DNA of 63,989 nt, counting the filler, from Dirinaria sp. TL-2023a (lineage: Eukaryota), in assembly GCA_051941275.1 (NCBI GenBank). It is 3 parts of 3 records of this genome, joined end to end, with 100 filler letters (N's around TTAATTAATTAA, not from the genome) between each part and the next. Parts side by side here need not be neighbours in the genome. Positions count along the whole stretch, not along the records: positions 1 to 22,954 come from JAVEBF010000213.1; positions 23,055 to 46,001 come from JAVEBF010000214.1; 1 more part is not named here. One strand, written 5' to 3'. The position numbers and the translations under genes were made by a program. Shown piece after piece: positions 13,542 to 25,909 of the stretch (position 1 is its first letter; each line of letters starts with the position of its first letter). Under the pieces are notes generated by a model. That model had not been told where the DNA came from, did not search any database, and saw only the letters and a program-made list of their open reading frames with translations.

Positions 13542-14328
13542 ACTGAGATGTTCAATACTGCAACGAGGTGGACAAGGTGAAGAACTCAAGTTTTGAAATT
13601 CATAAAACACGGGATGATGAGTGAAGGTCACATCATCATTATATGACTTTCTTACTTGAACAAGCAGAAGATCATCGCTCAAGGATACATGCGCCAAGAT
13701 ACGAGTATCGTACCTTACAGCTTACTTCAGCAGAGATAGACGCTGAAGGCGCGTTTCGCGTTTCATTGCGCGTCTATTGAGTATTGACTCTGCTAAGGTA
13801 AGGTAGTGCCTATTTTGTTGAATACCTTACCTTACTTACCTTAGCCGGTTCAACCAGTGGAAGTCCCCTCGTCTGTCACCTCTAGGGTACCTTACATAAG
13901 GTATGTAAAGTACCTTTGGAGTACTGTACCTACCTTACTTTACGGTTGTATCTTACGGAGGTTTCTCATCTTAGGTATGAGGTACTTCACCTTTCCTTCA
14001 CCTACTATTGCGCGCTCTTACAGCCAGCTAGAACACCAATCTACCTTGGTCATCTGGTAGAAGCCGCTGCTAGGCTCTTTGTCAGTTTCTCATCCCGCTT
14101 TAAATTGCTATCCATGATTGAGAATAATGAAGTAAATGAGGAGCGAAGAATGAGAGCCTTCACCTTCAAGAACGTTCACAGTATCTTGACTCGGACTACT
14201 TAGACAACCTACTTTAACATGTCTGCAAGATAGGCTGTCATTGTCCGGTTAATTTTAAAGCAAAGCGTTTCATCTCAATCTTCACTCTAACCCTCATTCA
14301 ATAGATCCAAAAATCTCTCGTCTTCATC

Positions 14329-15646
14329 ATGACCGATGCAACGCCATCTGTGGACTCAAGCAATCCAGGGAATGGTACAGAGTACTCGGCAACTGAAGCT
14401 TCTGCCTTGCCTTCCAACGGACCTGCCGGTAACGAAACCTCGGATGGCATTACGTTGTCCAATGCACAGACGATCAGTGCCGGTAATCTCTCCATGAACA
14501 GTGGTACACTGTAACCCAATGGTGACCTGGTTCGCAGACGAGATCGCCCTGTATGATCGCCAAATCCGCTTATGGGGAATCAAGGCTCAGGAGAGGTACA
14601 ACTGAAAACCATTGCTCAGACTAGTTCAATGCTGATCCCAAGCAAGGCTCCGTACTGCCAATATCCTGCTTATTGGCATGAAAGCTCTTGCAAATGAAAT
14701 CGCCAAGAACCTTGTTCTGGCTGGCATTGGGTCGATGACAATGCAGGACGATCAAACTGTGGTTGACCATGATCTTGGGGCGCAATTCTTCATCGAAGAG
14801 CAGCACATTGGTCTCAATCGGGCCCAGGCGGCAGCGGCCCAGATTCGGAAACTCAACCCCCGTGTCGCACTTTTCGTTGACATTGAGCCCATTAAATTTC
14901 GCCTGCCAGAGTACTACGCCCCTTTCGACATGGTTATTGCCACAGATCTTGATTTCAGCACGCTTAGTACCATCAACGCTGCATGTCGACTATGCAGCCG
15001 ACCGTTCTATGCGGCCGGCTCCCACGGCTTCTATGGCTTCATCTTCGCTGATCTAATCAGTCACGACTACGTGCTGGAGCGGGAAAAGTCCAACGTTCCT
15101 ACTGTTCTCAAGGCCGAAACATCAACACGCGCTATCATTGCTACTAATACAAAGAAAGAACACGGCAAGCTCGTTGAAATGGTCACCAAGCGTGAGACAT
15201 ACACACCGATCATTCTTGCTAACAGCTCTCCTATCCCTGCGGAGCAACTAAGTTCGCGAAGAAGAAAGCTACAGATTCCGCCGTTGCTAACCTGCTTACG
15301 TGCGCTATGGGAATTTCAGTCCATCTCGGGTAGTGTCCCCTCCCACTCTCACGCTGATCTCGAACTCTTCACCACCCTCGCCACTGAAAAACACAAGGAG
15401 CTACAACTTCCCGCCGAAACTTTGCGGAGCGAATTTTTGAGAAGCTTCCTACAGAACATTGGGAGCGAAATTGCGCCTGTGACGGCATTCTTAGGGGGTC
15501 AGCTGGCGCAGGACGTAATTAATGTTTTAGGGCAGAGAGAGCAGCCAATCCAGAACTTCCTGCTGTTTGACGGAGAGGAGAGTAAGGGCCCAGTGCTAGC
15601 GTTGCATCCAATCATTGCCAGTCTGGATGACGTGGGGATTGTGTAA
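14329..15646 (+). CDS. AOS1: SUMO-activating enzyme E1 subunit Aos1/Rad31 (ThiF family), 3 exons
   Basis: EIALYDRQIRLWGIKAQE; ILLIGMKALANEIAKNLVLAGIGS; APVTAFLGGQLAQDVINVLGQREQPIQNF. Confidence 0.92.
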
Positions 15647-16179
15647 AAGGTCAGTCAAGGATTTAGTTAAATTTCTACTACACATTGCTGGGCTGGACCA
15701 CGCTTAGGAAGTTGCGACCTTGATGACTGTCTACATTATGTTCGACAAGCATTTAGACGCCTTAGATGTGCTCCGAGGTAGGCTGGTTTGACTCACCTTC
15801 CGACGAACTAAAGAATGTATGGCTGCTGGGCCCTTGAATCTACCATCAGTGCACGCTACGATCTTTAATCACGATCAGTATGAATGTTACCCAGGATCCA
15901 GGATAACGCTGAGACGTATTTCCTTGCTCGGGATGATCATGTTTCCGGCCTCAGTGGGATAGGCATAACGGCATAGAATCCCCCAAAGCGCTACATACTC
16001 TAGAGCCTTTTGATCAAGAAAAGCAACTCTTTTTCGGGAACTTGATATTAGTTGTGATGCCGTTACATATGCGGCTCACCTTCCTTCCCATGGTAGTTGT
16101 GAGACTTAGAACGAATGAATCAGCTATCTTTCTTATTAAAAATACCCGTTCCGAGGACGCGCATGATCTAGCAAATTTG

Positions 16180-17928
16180 TTAGCCAGTCTTGTCCTCCCT
16201 CCACCTCTTCCGATCCGTCCATGCAATACCAGCCAGCTTCGCCCCAACCCAAAGCACCCCCAAAAACACAATCACCACCGTGCCCACTTCTACATTGCCC
16301 ACTTTTTCACTATTAAGCACCGGTACTTTCACCCTTTCCACTAAACTTATCCTTTCCCCACCCGTAGGACCTTGTGGCTGAGGCGTTAAATGGTAGAACA
16401 TGGTTCTTGGTCCGAACAAACTCTCGTAGCCCAAGTGGATGCGATCAAACGGGCTATTCCCCATCTTGGTACCTTCATCCGCAGGACATGCCCAAAACAC
16501 CGTCGGCCACGGCACCTCGACTATGCTCATCCCCCTTGTCTCTGGGTGCATATATCGCAAATGCAGCGGTATATCAGCCTTCCAGCTCCGCAGCTGTCCC
16601 TTGCCGACATCATGCTTCCCTGGGGAGTGAGGTGGTGACAGTTGAAGCAACATTGCACTACCCCACTTCCGAGTGAGCCAGTTGGGGACTTCGAGATCTG
16701 TCTCTCCGGATAGGGATCGCATGGCCCGAAGGTTGCTTGACAAGAGGAGATTCTGACGCTCGAGTTCGTATTTATCAACAAAGAGCGAAGAGGGAAGCAG
16801 GGAGTAAGTGTGCAGTGTGCAACCCTCGGTAGGTGGGGTAGATTGCGCTGGGAAGGACAGCCGTAACGTGGGATGCAAGCCAGTAGTGTTGGGAAAGGAG
16901 GCGGTATAGACTGGGTCCGTAGACATGGAGAGAGAGTGGTGCCGGGAGGGAAAGGAGAACATTGTTGGTTCTGCGCAGTTAGCAGTGCAATGATATTTGG
17001 GAAGGAGCGAAATTACTTGGCTTTTCATCCTTACCAACAACTGCGAGCAGGCCAGCTAGCGAGATGAAGCCATGTTCAGTAGCTTTCTCAGGAGCCAGAA
17101 TGCCTACTTCGACGGTCGTTGAGCGGGTAGGTCTTGAGTAATAGCCGGTCCATCCGCCTGGCGGCGAGACATGATGGAACGAGGTTAGGGTTAAAGACTG
17201 TGATATTGTGTCGTAGTCTATATCGAAGTAATCCGCGGAGAGCAGAAGCTCGGCTCTGCCAAAGCAAGCCTGGTTTGATGGCGGGCAAATCTTAAGCTGA
17301 ATGTAATTCACTAAATCTCTTAATGAATGAAGTAGGCTGTAGTACTGCTTTGCTGCCGAAGTAGCGAATCGTTTAGAGAGAAGGGATAAACGAGTAAAAG
17401 TTTTCTACGATCGTCAGTACATGGCCAAAAAGTGTCTCCCCAAGCTGATGGTTATTACCTCGTGTGATATGCAGCTTAGCTGCCGCCCAAAGATTTCCTG
17501 TATGAGCGGACACAGTAGCTCACTTCATTCACTCAGCATCTTCTATGTCGATGGAGACTCAGAGTGACGCTTACATACGTCGAGTGTCTCCTTTGCTGCG
17601 TGAAGAAGATGTGCAGTCCCGGGGAAAATCTTGAGACGAAAGGCACAATAGATCTGTAAGATAGTTCCGACGTCCATCGGATGTGCAATTCGTGCCATTG
17701 CTTCAATACATGCGATAGCTGCGCAAGGGACCAGTCAGTCAATTATAGCTAGCATTGTGGACGTTGACTTGCCTCTACCGGGAGCTCTGAGGAGCTGAAG
17801 ATCCACTGATCTTCTCGGGCAGTTTCCAGGGACTGCACTTGAAGCGAGGAAGTCTTTAGGTTGACTTGAAATTGCTCTGGATCGAATGCTTCGTCAGCGC
17901 CATGAATGAAGGTGGTTCGCTGCCTCAT
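16180..17928 (-). CDS. PBN1: PIG-X/Pbn1, GPI-mannosyltransferase I subunit, multi-exon
   Basis: MRQRTTFIH start; ELHIRW...SRFSPGLHIFF; TGLHPTLRL, LFVDKYEL, GETDLEVP, IPLHLRY, VPWPTVFWAC; single C-terminal TM helix. Confidence 0.88.
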
Positions 17929-18278
17929 GACACCTAAAGCTTGCTGGCAACAGAGAAGCTGCTACTGCAACAGACTCTTCCAGAGCATATTTACTCTCAT
18001 CTACCGGTAAGGTATGTAAGTATACATACCTTGCTTAGGGTTGGAGATGGGAAAGACGGTCCTCGGTCCGAGGGTCTCTCAGGGGACCTCTACACCACCA
18101 ATAAAAGTAAACAGAACAACGCGCCCACAACAATCACTTCGTCAGCCCAGTGTCGCATCATCGTTAATGACCCAACCTATTTACAAAAGGGAACCAGAAA
18201 CGTATCACCTATGGCTCGACTAGTCAATTGTCATCGTCAAATTGCGAAGCCCTGAATGTACACTTTCGAAGCTACAAT

Positions 18279-20588
18279 ATGCTGGGCTGGTTCACCGGAT
18301 CCAGTGCGGCACCCACGGTCCATCACTCGGAGAAAGGTGAGTCTACGACCACGATGGATCTTGTAATGTAGCTAATCCTACCAGGCGATACGATCTCCGA
18401 CCCTGAAGACGTGCCTGAGACCCCAGCTCCTCAATTCGCATTGCGAGCCCTGAGATCGGCTTTCCTTGGAACGCCGCGTCCTAAAGAGACCGATCGAAGT
18501 AGTCAACATCATGCTACTCTCCAAGAGCCTGTAAAGGGCTTCCGGAGGCCTTCGCCGAATGCGCGTAACATAAAACCAAACAATCTGGTCGCGAGCAACG
18601 ATCCGATCATCGACGTCCCCGTGTCCCCCGCGAAGGGGATTCTCCTTACCCCAGGAACAGCGGCGAATAAACGTAAGACTGTATCCTTTGAACCCTTGGC
18701 TCCAGATGGAAATGAGAAGGCCAATATTTTCATGGGCCAAATCGATGCTTTGGCGGGCGATGCTGGGCGAACGCACCTTGCAACAAATCTGCAAAGAGGC
18801 CAAGAATCTCAAACTACTATGTCAAAGTCTGTTTTTGAGTCTCAGCTCGAAGCTTCTAAACGACGGATTCATAGACAAATCAGTGCACGAGAAGTTCCGC
18901 CCGATGCCGTTGAGAGCCAAAGCAGATTGAGACCAAGCCTGGATCGAGAGGAAGGTGGTGTTGGCACGAAGCCAGAATTCACCATTGACCTCGATCAGCC
19001 CTGCTCGCGGTCTGGAAAACACTGGAAAGGGGAATATGATCTATACCACAAGAAAACCAACCGCGAGATGAGGCGCGTAATTCAGCATAGGCAGACGATC
19101 AAATCGTATGCGCAGAAGAAGGACATAGAGGCTACTGATCTTCGTCAAAAGTTGGAGAACGAGTTGGCAAAAGTCGCACTGATGGAGGCAAAAGTCTCTG
19201 ATTTGGCGACTGAGCTAGCCAAGGTACGAGTACAGAGCGATTATAGCGATGTCGATCCAGCGCGTTTGGTTCATGATCTTGCCAAGCAGACAGCTACTGC
19301 AATCAGACACAAGCAGATCGCGGAAAAGTATGAAGAAGCGCTGGAGAAGATTCGTGGAAAGAAGGCGCAGCAGATAGACAAAGACGATTGTGTATGCATC
19401 ACGATGGAGGATAGCCCGGATAGTTCAAGGGCAGAACCCGACCGCGACGTTGGGCCCAAAGAGCTAAGTGATTCATATGCTGAGCTAAAGCGTTTCCAAT
19501 CAGCAACAATCGCGGCTGAGGATAAAGTGTCCAAGTTAGAAAAAGAGAATGTGGCCCTTAAGCAAAAGATGGCCCGAATCAAAACAGAGATGCAGAATTA
19601 TGAGTCCAGGCGGCTTGCAAGAGAGGAAAGATTAAGGAAAAAGGAAGCGAAACTTATCCTTGCCAGAGAGAACAGCGATGCGAGACTGGCACAGCTCGAA
19701 TTGAAGCACACGAAATTGTTGCGAGGTCAGTCGTCTGAGGCTGACACTTCCAGAACAGGGCCAAGCTCTTTAGCAGGCCTGGGCACAGGCGCTCGAGAAA
19801 CAAATCTGGAGCCAGTCGTGACGTTGGCTGGAGCACCGGAGGGTAACGGCGAATGCCAGAGTGACCAGTTCCAGGCTTTCAGAAAAGGAATCCTCATCGG
19901 AAGTTTAGGACAGAGGTCGAGTCCACCAGGTCAACGCCAGAGTGTTTCAGGTAGTAGAAGGTCACGAAGCCCTCTAATGCAGCTGAACAATCCGACCGGA
20001 CGAAGGGCACATGCCGAAGTAGACCAGGCGAAAGACTTGTCTCCACCTATTTCACCAGCGATACAGGAGGCCGGCAAAAACGAAAGGGCGCACAACACGC
20101 AAGTTGAGCTGATAGATGATGCATTGTCCTACACTGAAGTACCAAAGGATTCAGACTTCAGTCTTCTGCGCCGCTCGACGCATGCCGCCATGAAAGAGCT
20201 TTCGCAAACCAGCATCGATGATAATCCACAGCTTGCAAAGATTGATGGAGATGTTTCGGTACCAGATCCTTCGCCCTGCAAACCACTTTCTACGTACGCT
20301 CGGAGAAGGATACAATCCCGTCAAGGCGCGATACCTTCACCGAGACCCTCACTACTGACTTTCGCTACAAGTCCCCATGATGGAGTACGGCAACCATTAC
20401 AGCGTGCTATCCATAGCAACACCCAGAGCAGAAGGTCCAGTTTGCTTTCCATAGGCCCGCGGAACTCAACCCTAGGTTCGCGGGGTGCTCTACCACCAGA
20501 TCGTGCGGAGGCAGCCAAAAAAAGACTTGAAGCTAGAAAAGAAGAGAAGAGGATGAAAGTGGGCTCGGTGCCAAAAGCCGGATGCTGA
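18279..20588 (+). CDS. Spindle-pole-body-associated Cut12-domain coiled-coil protein
   Basis: MLGWF start exon, intron at about 18337-18383; PETPAPQFALRALRSAFLGTP; SPAKGILLTPGT...KTVSF; SGKHWKGEY; long coiled coil; LPPDRAEAAKKRLE C-terminus. Confidence 0.8.
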
Positions 20589-20941
20589 GACCAGCTTGCG
20601 GAAACATAAGAGCTGGTAGAACACCAATTAGTGGATAGGCAAAGCAAAGTAGTTCTAGAGCATTTTTGTGTGCATGGCAGCTTCAGCGAACCCAAGCGGC
20701 TATTAGATTATTCGGCGATCGAAATAGAAAGCATTCGCCTTAAGCTTCGTATCCGTAGCCGCTATCTCATGCATGCAAGCAGACTCACATTTGATGCGTC
20801 AAAGATACTAATCCGCCAACACCATGCTAATCCTCTTGATATCTGTCCGTCCGCTAGTAGTATTAGATGATACAGTAATACGGGTGGTAAGATAGACGAA
20901 ATGATTTCAGACCCACGTACCCGCCTTTCAGGACGGTTCTT

Positions 20942-21826
20942 TCAGTGCAGGAAACGGCCATCGTCCTTGTCGTCACCGTCTTGATCCTTCGTATCTGGCA
21001 CGTCATAGTCTTCATCGCCCTCATCCACGCTTTCATTTCCTTGCAAATCGTCATCGTCTTCTTCTGCTCCTGAATCGATGTCTATTGCGTCTGTATCACT
21101 TCCGCCCAAGTCGTCCTCTTGATCGCTGTCCATCCAGAAGTCTGCATCATCGTCCTTGGCAGGCAAAGGTGTCTGGATCGTGCTTTCGTGGGTGGGCATG
21201 ACGAAGTCAGCAGGAATGTCCTTCCTGCTAGCTTCCACGTCCGCTTCCACTTTCGCCTTGAACGCAGTCGCGTCTCTGCGCAGCATAACTCCGGCATCAA
21301 CGTTGGCAGGGGAAGAGCATTCTGCGTCATCGAGCAGAGAGATTATGGAGAGCAACACAGACTCAACCCGCTGTACAGGAGACCAACGCTCTCCAGCAGT
21401 CTCGCCAGACATTTCGTCATCCCCAGGAGTGTGAAGTATCGAAATACAGAGTCTACCATCCGGGTAGATGTTCGGATGGAAAAGCGGTCGAATGAATCGA
21501 AATGCTGATTAATGGTGAGCTTCAAACTAGTATTCTGTGGGATGGATTCTGGAGGAGCAGCCTACTGGGAGGTAGATACGGGTAGTTTTTCGGGAAAGCC
21601 ATCTTAGCCATGAAGTAGCCACCATAGTAAAGGGAGTCCGGGTTGATAACAATCAGAGCAATGTTCCAAGCGAAGATATCGTCGTTGTATAACTAGTGAT
21701 GGGTTAGCCAAAACTAGAGTAAGGTAGCTATGCTACGCTTTCGATATCGATAATGCCTACCTCCACATTCACCCACTTTTCTTGGTTCAACGATTTGAAC
21801 TCGTTCATAAGAATTCGTTCAGCCAT
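20942..21826 (-). CDS. CDC34: Ubiquitin-conjugating enzyme E2, Cdc34/Ubc3-type with acidic tail (3 exons)
   Basis: MAERILMNEFK; YGGYFMAKMAFPKNYP; FHPNIYPDGRLCISILH (catalytic Cys); acidic insertion PGDDEMSGETAGERWSP; SPANVDA; D/E-rich tail. Confidence 0.85.
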
Positions 21827-22494
21827 TTCGAAGCGCAAAGTGAGAAGTGGACAGCAGCCAACAGAGTGATATGTTCAGATTCTCAGGCTGTCCGGTTATG
21901 CTGAATTGTTTATGAGATTGAGCAGTGTAATATCTCTGATTCGCCCTGTCTTGGCTCAACACTCTTTCAACTCACCACGAGCCAATGCGCTAAATCTTCA
22001 CAGCTTCAAGAGTTTAGAAGAGTAACGAAAAGTCGGAGTAATGTAAGATGGCTTGCGAGATGCCGTAAAAGAACGGTCATAGCATTGAAATAAGATATGT
22101 CAGAGTGACATGTTATTACTGTCAATTTTAGATCACAGCTGTCTCAGGATCAGAATTGAGTGATTACTGTATTAACTAATATGACACAATCTCACGATTC
22201 AATGCTATCTTGTGCACACAGATAGACAAACTCAATACTCCTAAGACTGAGAAAACTCACCACCACTAACACAATGCCAAGTATGGTTTGACGAAAGCGG
22301 TTAGACTATGGCTCAGTCGGCAGACCCTGGGTATTTACTGCCCACAACAGTTCTTCCTTTAGTTTTAGGCAACTGAGCACCAATACACATAAATGGTCCC
22401 AATTCCCCTCCAAAATCTAATAATAACTCAAGTAGGAAATGATCTTATCCCTTGACATGAATTTAGCATGAGTACAAGTGTCATGGTAACTTGG

Positions 22495-22894
22495 TGTTAC
22501 GACCCTGGTCTAACATCTAGGGTTAGTGAAAGGTTAGTCTTGATCAGTGGACCCTGAGTGTGATCAGTACTGAGCAAGAGAGCTTAACACTGAGCAGTGC
22601 TCAGTTGATCAATAGTGATCAGTGCACTAAGCAACTGAGTAGAACTGAGCAGTCAGAGCTTGACTCTCTGAGCATTGTGTATATAAAACTTCAACACGAC
22701 GTTTTTCTGACATCGTGTTTAACATCTTTGCAATAATTATTTACTACTCAGAGTAATTTGTATCTTGTTGTGATATCGTCATATCATCTCAGAGACACTC
22801 GTTGTTTCTTGAGAAATCTTTTTAAACAGATCAAATTTTAGCATTGTTTCTGTTTAAAACCTCATCTTGAGTATTAGACTGATAGAACGCAACA
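22495..22894 (+). mobile_element. Probable retrotransposon LTR (about 400 bp), truncated by the contig end
   Basis: Begins TGTTACG and ends CGCAACA (TG...CA, 6/7 inverted terminal match); internal ACTGAGCA-type repeats; TATATAAAA near 22679; AT-rich context; assembly breaks 60 bp later. Confidence 0.55.
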
Positions 22895-22954
22895 ACACTG
22901 AACACTTTTAGAATGTCTATCTCAAAACAACGTAACTCTGTTTCAAACATCACT

Positions 22955-23054
22955 NNNNNNNNNNNNNNNNNNNNNNNNNNNNNNNNNNNNNNNNNNNNTT
23001 AATTAATTAANNNNNNNNNNNNNNNNNNNNNNNNNNNNNNNNNNNNNNNNNNNN
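22955..23054. other. Artificial contig spacer N44-TTAATTAATTAA-N44
   Basis: Exactly 100 nt, with a 12-mer giving stops in all six frames; identical structure at 46002-46101. Confidence 0.97.
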
Positions 23055-23398
23055 CCACTGTATCGCAAGGGAAACAAAGTCCTCCTCGGCCTCGCAGCAT
23101 ACAACGCCGCCCTCTTCGTGGTCGCCAAGTTCTATTACGTCTGGAAGAACAGGTAAGGTTTTCGATGTCACGTCCGAGGTTAGTAGCTCTAGACAGCTGA
23201 TGACTTGGCTCTTCAGCCGACGCGATGCGATATGGCAGCGTATGTCCCCGGATGAGAGGCTCGCATACCTCGCTACCACCAAAGATCAGGGAAATAAACG
23301 GTATGAGCGACCCCTACTTCCAAAATTTCTAGCTCTGGACGAAGGCCATGCACTAACATGCATGATTCGTTAGCCTTGACTTCCGATTTGCACATTAA
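23055..23398 (+). CDS. 3' end of an MFS allantoate-permease-family (Dal5/Tna1-like) transporter; 5' part lost in the gap
   Basis: PLYRKGNKVLLGLAAYNAALFVVAKFYYVWKN / RDAIWQRMSPDERLAYLATTKDQGNK / LDFRFAH* across two GT-AG introns. Confidence 0.85.
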
Positions 23399-24347
23399 TG
23401 GCAGATCGCAGCGGCGTCAGACGATCTGTGGGGGCCCGGCTTTGTACAAGATTGTTGATGGTAGATTGTATAACTTGAGGAAATTGATTAAGTTGTGCGA
23501 TTAAGTTAATGCCAAGCAAAGTCGTTCATTATCAAGTCATATGAGATAAAGAATGCTTAGGCGGACGACGCGTGTATTTGAAGGATAGCAGTCTATAGTC
23601 GACCTTGCATGAAACCAATGCAGATACATATCCAAGATAACCCAGCTGCTTGGCGACTCGGAAAATTACCTGAATCAACGACGATGCATCAAACTTTGAA
23701 AATATTTCTGACAGCTCTCTCGTCCTGTTTCGCAATGCTAACTTACATAAGCGCGCAGTGTACACATTAAGGTACTCTTGTCAAGTCTCGGACTCAAGAC
23801 TCATGCAATTATCCGAGAGCCAAGTCCCAAGGTTGCAGGAAGCGCACGAAAATTCCCGATCCCGTATGTTTTTGACCAAGACTGGCAGGTAGCAAGTACG
23901 AGTACCAAGAAAGATAACATTACACCAGTCACGCAAGATGCGGGATGGATTGCGTGTCTTCTGCACCCCGCGTACTATGCGTGTTTGGTGTGGAGAAGGC
24001 CTGCAGAACGACATGGCTCCACGTTTAAGTTTGAAACCTTGGTAGAACTAACGACGTCGACTGGTAGGGGTGTAGAGAGAGAGCTGGGGACTCGTATACT
24101 TCATTAAGGATCGAAAAGCCCAATGACCACGAATTGGACTTCTGCGATAAGGCTAAGAATATCCTTTGGCTGTTCGATTTGAGCTAGACACATGTGACTG
24201 AGCTGTTTCCCACTTTGCAAGCCGCTGAGACAGGCCATGTTTTTAGTGAGCACGCAATCTGAGAAAAACATGTTATTAACATCGTGGGGTCGGAGGATTA
24301 TGGTGATGCTTTTTTTCACTGAAGTTGATAAGGCTCATGTAATTAGA

Positions 24348-24357
24348 ATTGCGCCAT
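24348..24357. promoter_or_regulatory. Possible CYS-3/MetR sulfur-regulon bZIP site
   Basis: ATTGCGCCAT, 9/10 match to ATGRYRYCAT, about 170 bp upstream of a sulfonate-dioxygenase-like ATG. Confidence 0.3.
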
Positions 24358-24528
24358 AAAGGTGGTAATGTCGACCGGGCTTGCATTTGAAAATAGAATA
24401 ACAGGAATATCAGACCTGCTTGATTGACTTCTGGCATCCACAAAGATCGTCGAAGATAATCTGTGTGGTTGCTTGCTCAGCCGACTGGGTTATTACCCTT
24501 TTCGAGCGAGATATCTAGGCATTCAAGC

Positions 24529-25909
24529 ATGGCATCACAAGTTGAAGAAATTCAGGTCCCCGAGACATTCACGAGCGGCAGCAAGGCGGCTGTGAATGGT
24601 CATGCCGAGAAGCTTTCAATTGCTGACGATACGGCAACCAACGGGTACGCGCAGAAGCAGACCTCCCCCGACCAGCATGAGAAGGTTCATCTTGGTCATT
24701 CGAAGCCCTTGCAGCCTAAGGGCGTCCTTAACCAGTTCAAATCTTTCGACGTGACCCCAACAATTGGGAAGGAGTACCCAGATGCTGACCTGGCCAAATG
24801 GCTTCGAGCGTCCAATTCCGACGAGCTTATAAGAGATCTGGCTATTATAGGTCAGTAATCACGCCCAGGCCGCATGAAACTCACACTTATCCACACAATG
24901 TAGTCTCTCAACGAGGAGTTGTTTTCTTCCGCGCTCAAAATGGCTTGGACGACGAGTTGCAGAAAGAACTGGCTCAACGTCTCGGAGAACTGAGTGGCAA
25001 GCCGAGCTCGTCCAAATTGCATATACATCCCGTCATAAACGCTGGCCGTGATCATGGTGGTAAAGATGACGAAATTAGTATAATTAGCTCTGTGCAGAAT
25101 AAAAGACTGTACAAAGGCTCAACCCTGGATCCGAGCATCAAGAGGCAGAGTGGGAAGGAAAGCTGGCATTCCGATATCACATTCGAGCCAGTGCCGAGTG
25201 ATTATGCCATCTTGCGGCTGACACAACTGCCTGGTACCGGCGGCGGTAAGAACAATTTTGCATACCTCTCTTGTTAGCACTATGGCCCAAAATTACTCGA
25301 GTAATTCAGGCTTTTCCTAACCTCTTTGCTGACGTGGCGGATGTGATAGATACCCTTTGGGCTTCCGGCTATGAGCTCTTTGACCGCATCTCTGCGCCCT
25401 ACCAGAGATTTCTGGAAAGCCTCAGTGCGACTTACGCGCAGCCTAAGTTCAACGAAGCGGCCCGGGACAACAATTTCAAGCTCTATTCCGCTCCTCGGGG
25501 CTCACCAGACAACATTGGTGATGACCTTACAGCGGTCCACCCAGTAGTACGTACTAACCCAGTTACGGGTTGGAAATCCATCTTCGCAGTCGGGCAGCAT
25601 GTGCAGAAGGTCAACGGCCTAGCGCCAGCAGAGTCCAGGGCGCTACTTGACTGGTTCGTAAGACTCATTGTTGAAAACCACGATTTGCAGGTGAGGCATA
25701 GGTGGCAAGGTCCAAATGATGTTGCCATTTGGGATAACAGGAGCGTCTATCATGTTGCCACGCCCGATTACGAGGGTCATGGCGAGAGATTGGGTCATCG
25801 AGCTGTCAGCCTTGGTGAAAAGCCTTACTTTGACCCGGACAGCAAATCTAGACGGCAGGCTCTAAGCGACTCTTTGGATTCGAAACCAGAAGCTGAGGTG
25901 CATTCATAA
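24529..25909 (+). CDS. TauD/TfdA-family Fe(II)/2-oxoglutarate dioxygenase (Jlp1-like sulfonate dioxygenase), 3 exons
   Basis: QRGVVFFRAQ; WHSDITFEPVPSDY (HxD); GGDTLWASGY; HPVVRTNPVTGWKS; AIWDNRSVYH. Confidence 0.92.

Noticed and set aside
2556..21826. PEX3/ATG101/YOP1/AOS1/CDC34 as a functional autophagy-ubiquitin cluster
   Set aside because: These are ordinary housekeeping neighbours in a gene-dense block, with no evidence of co-regulation beyond adjacency.
22560..22670. ACTGAGCA repeats as a CRISPR-like array
   Set aside because: Eukaryotic context, with short irregular repeats inside a probable LTR and no constant repeat-spacer period.
22999..23010. TTAATTAATTAA palindrome as a biological element
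   Set aside because: It is centred in N-runs and duplicated exactly at 46046-46057, so it is an assembly linker.
24529..25909. TauD dioxygenase as the PvcB/IsnB-like partner of the isocyanide synthase
   Set aside because: It is over 20 kb away, on a different contig across an artificial spacer, and its motifs and permease neighbour fit a Jlp1-type sulfonate dioxygenase.
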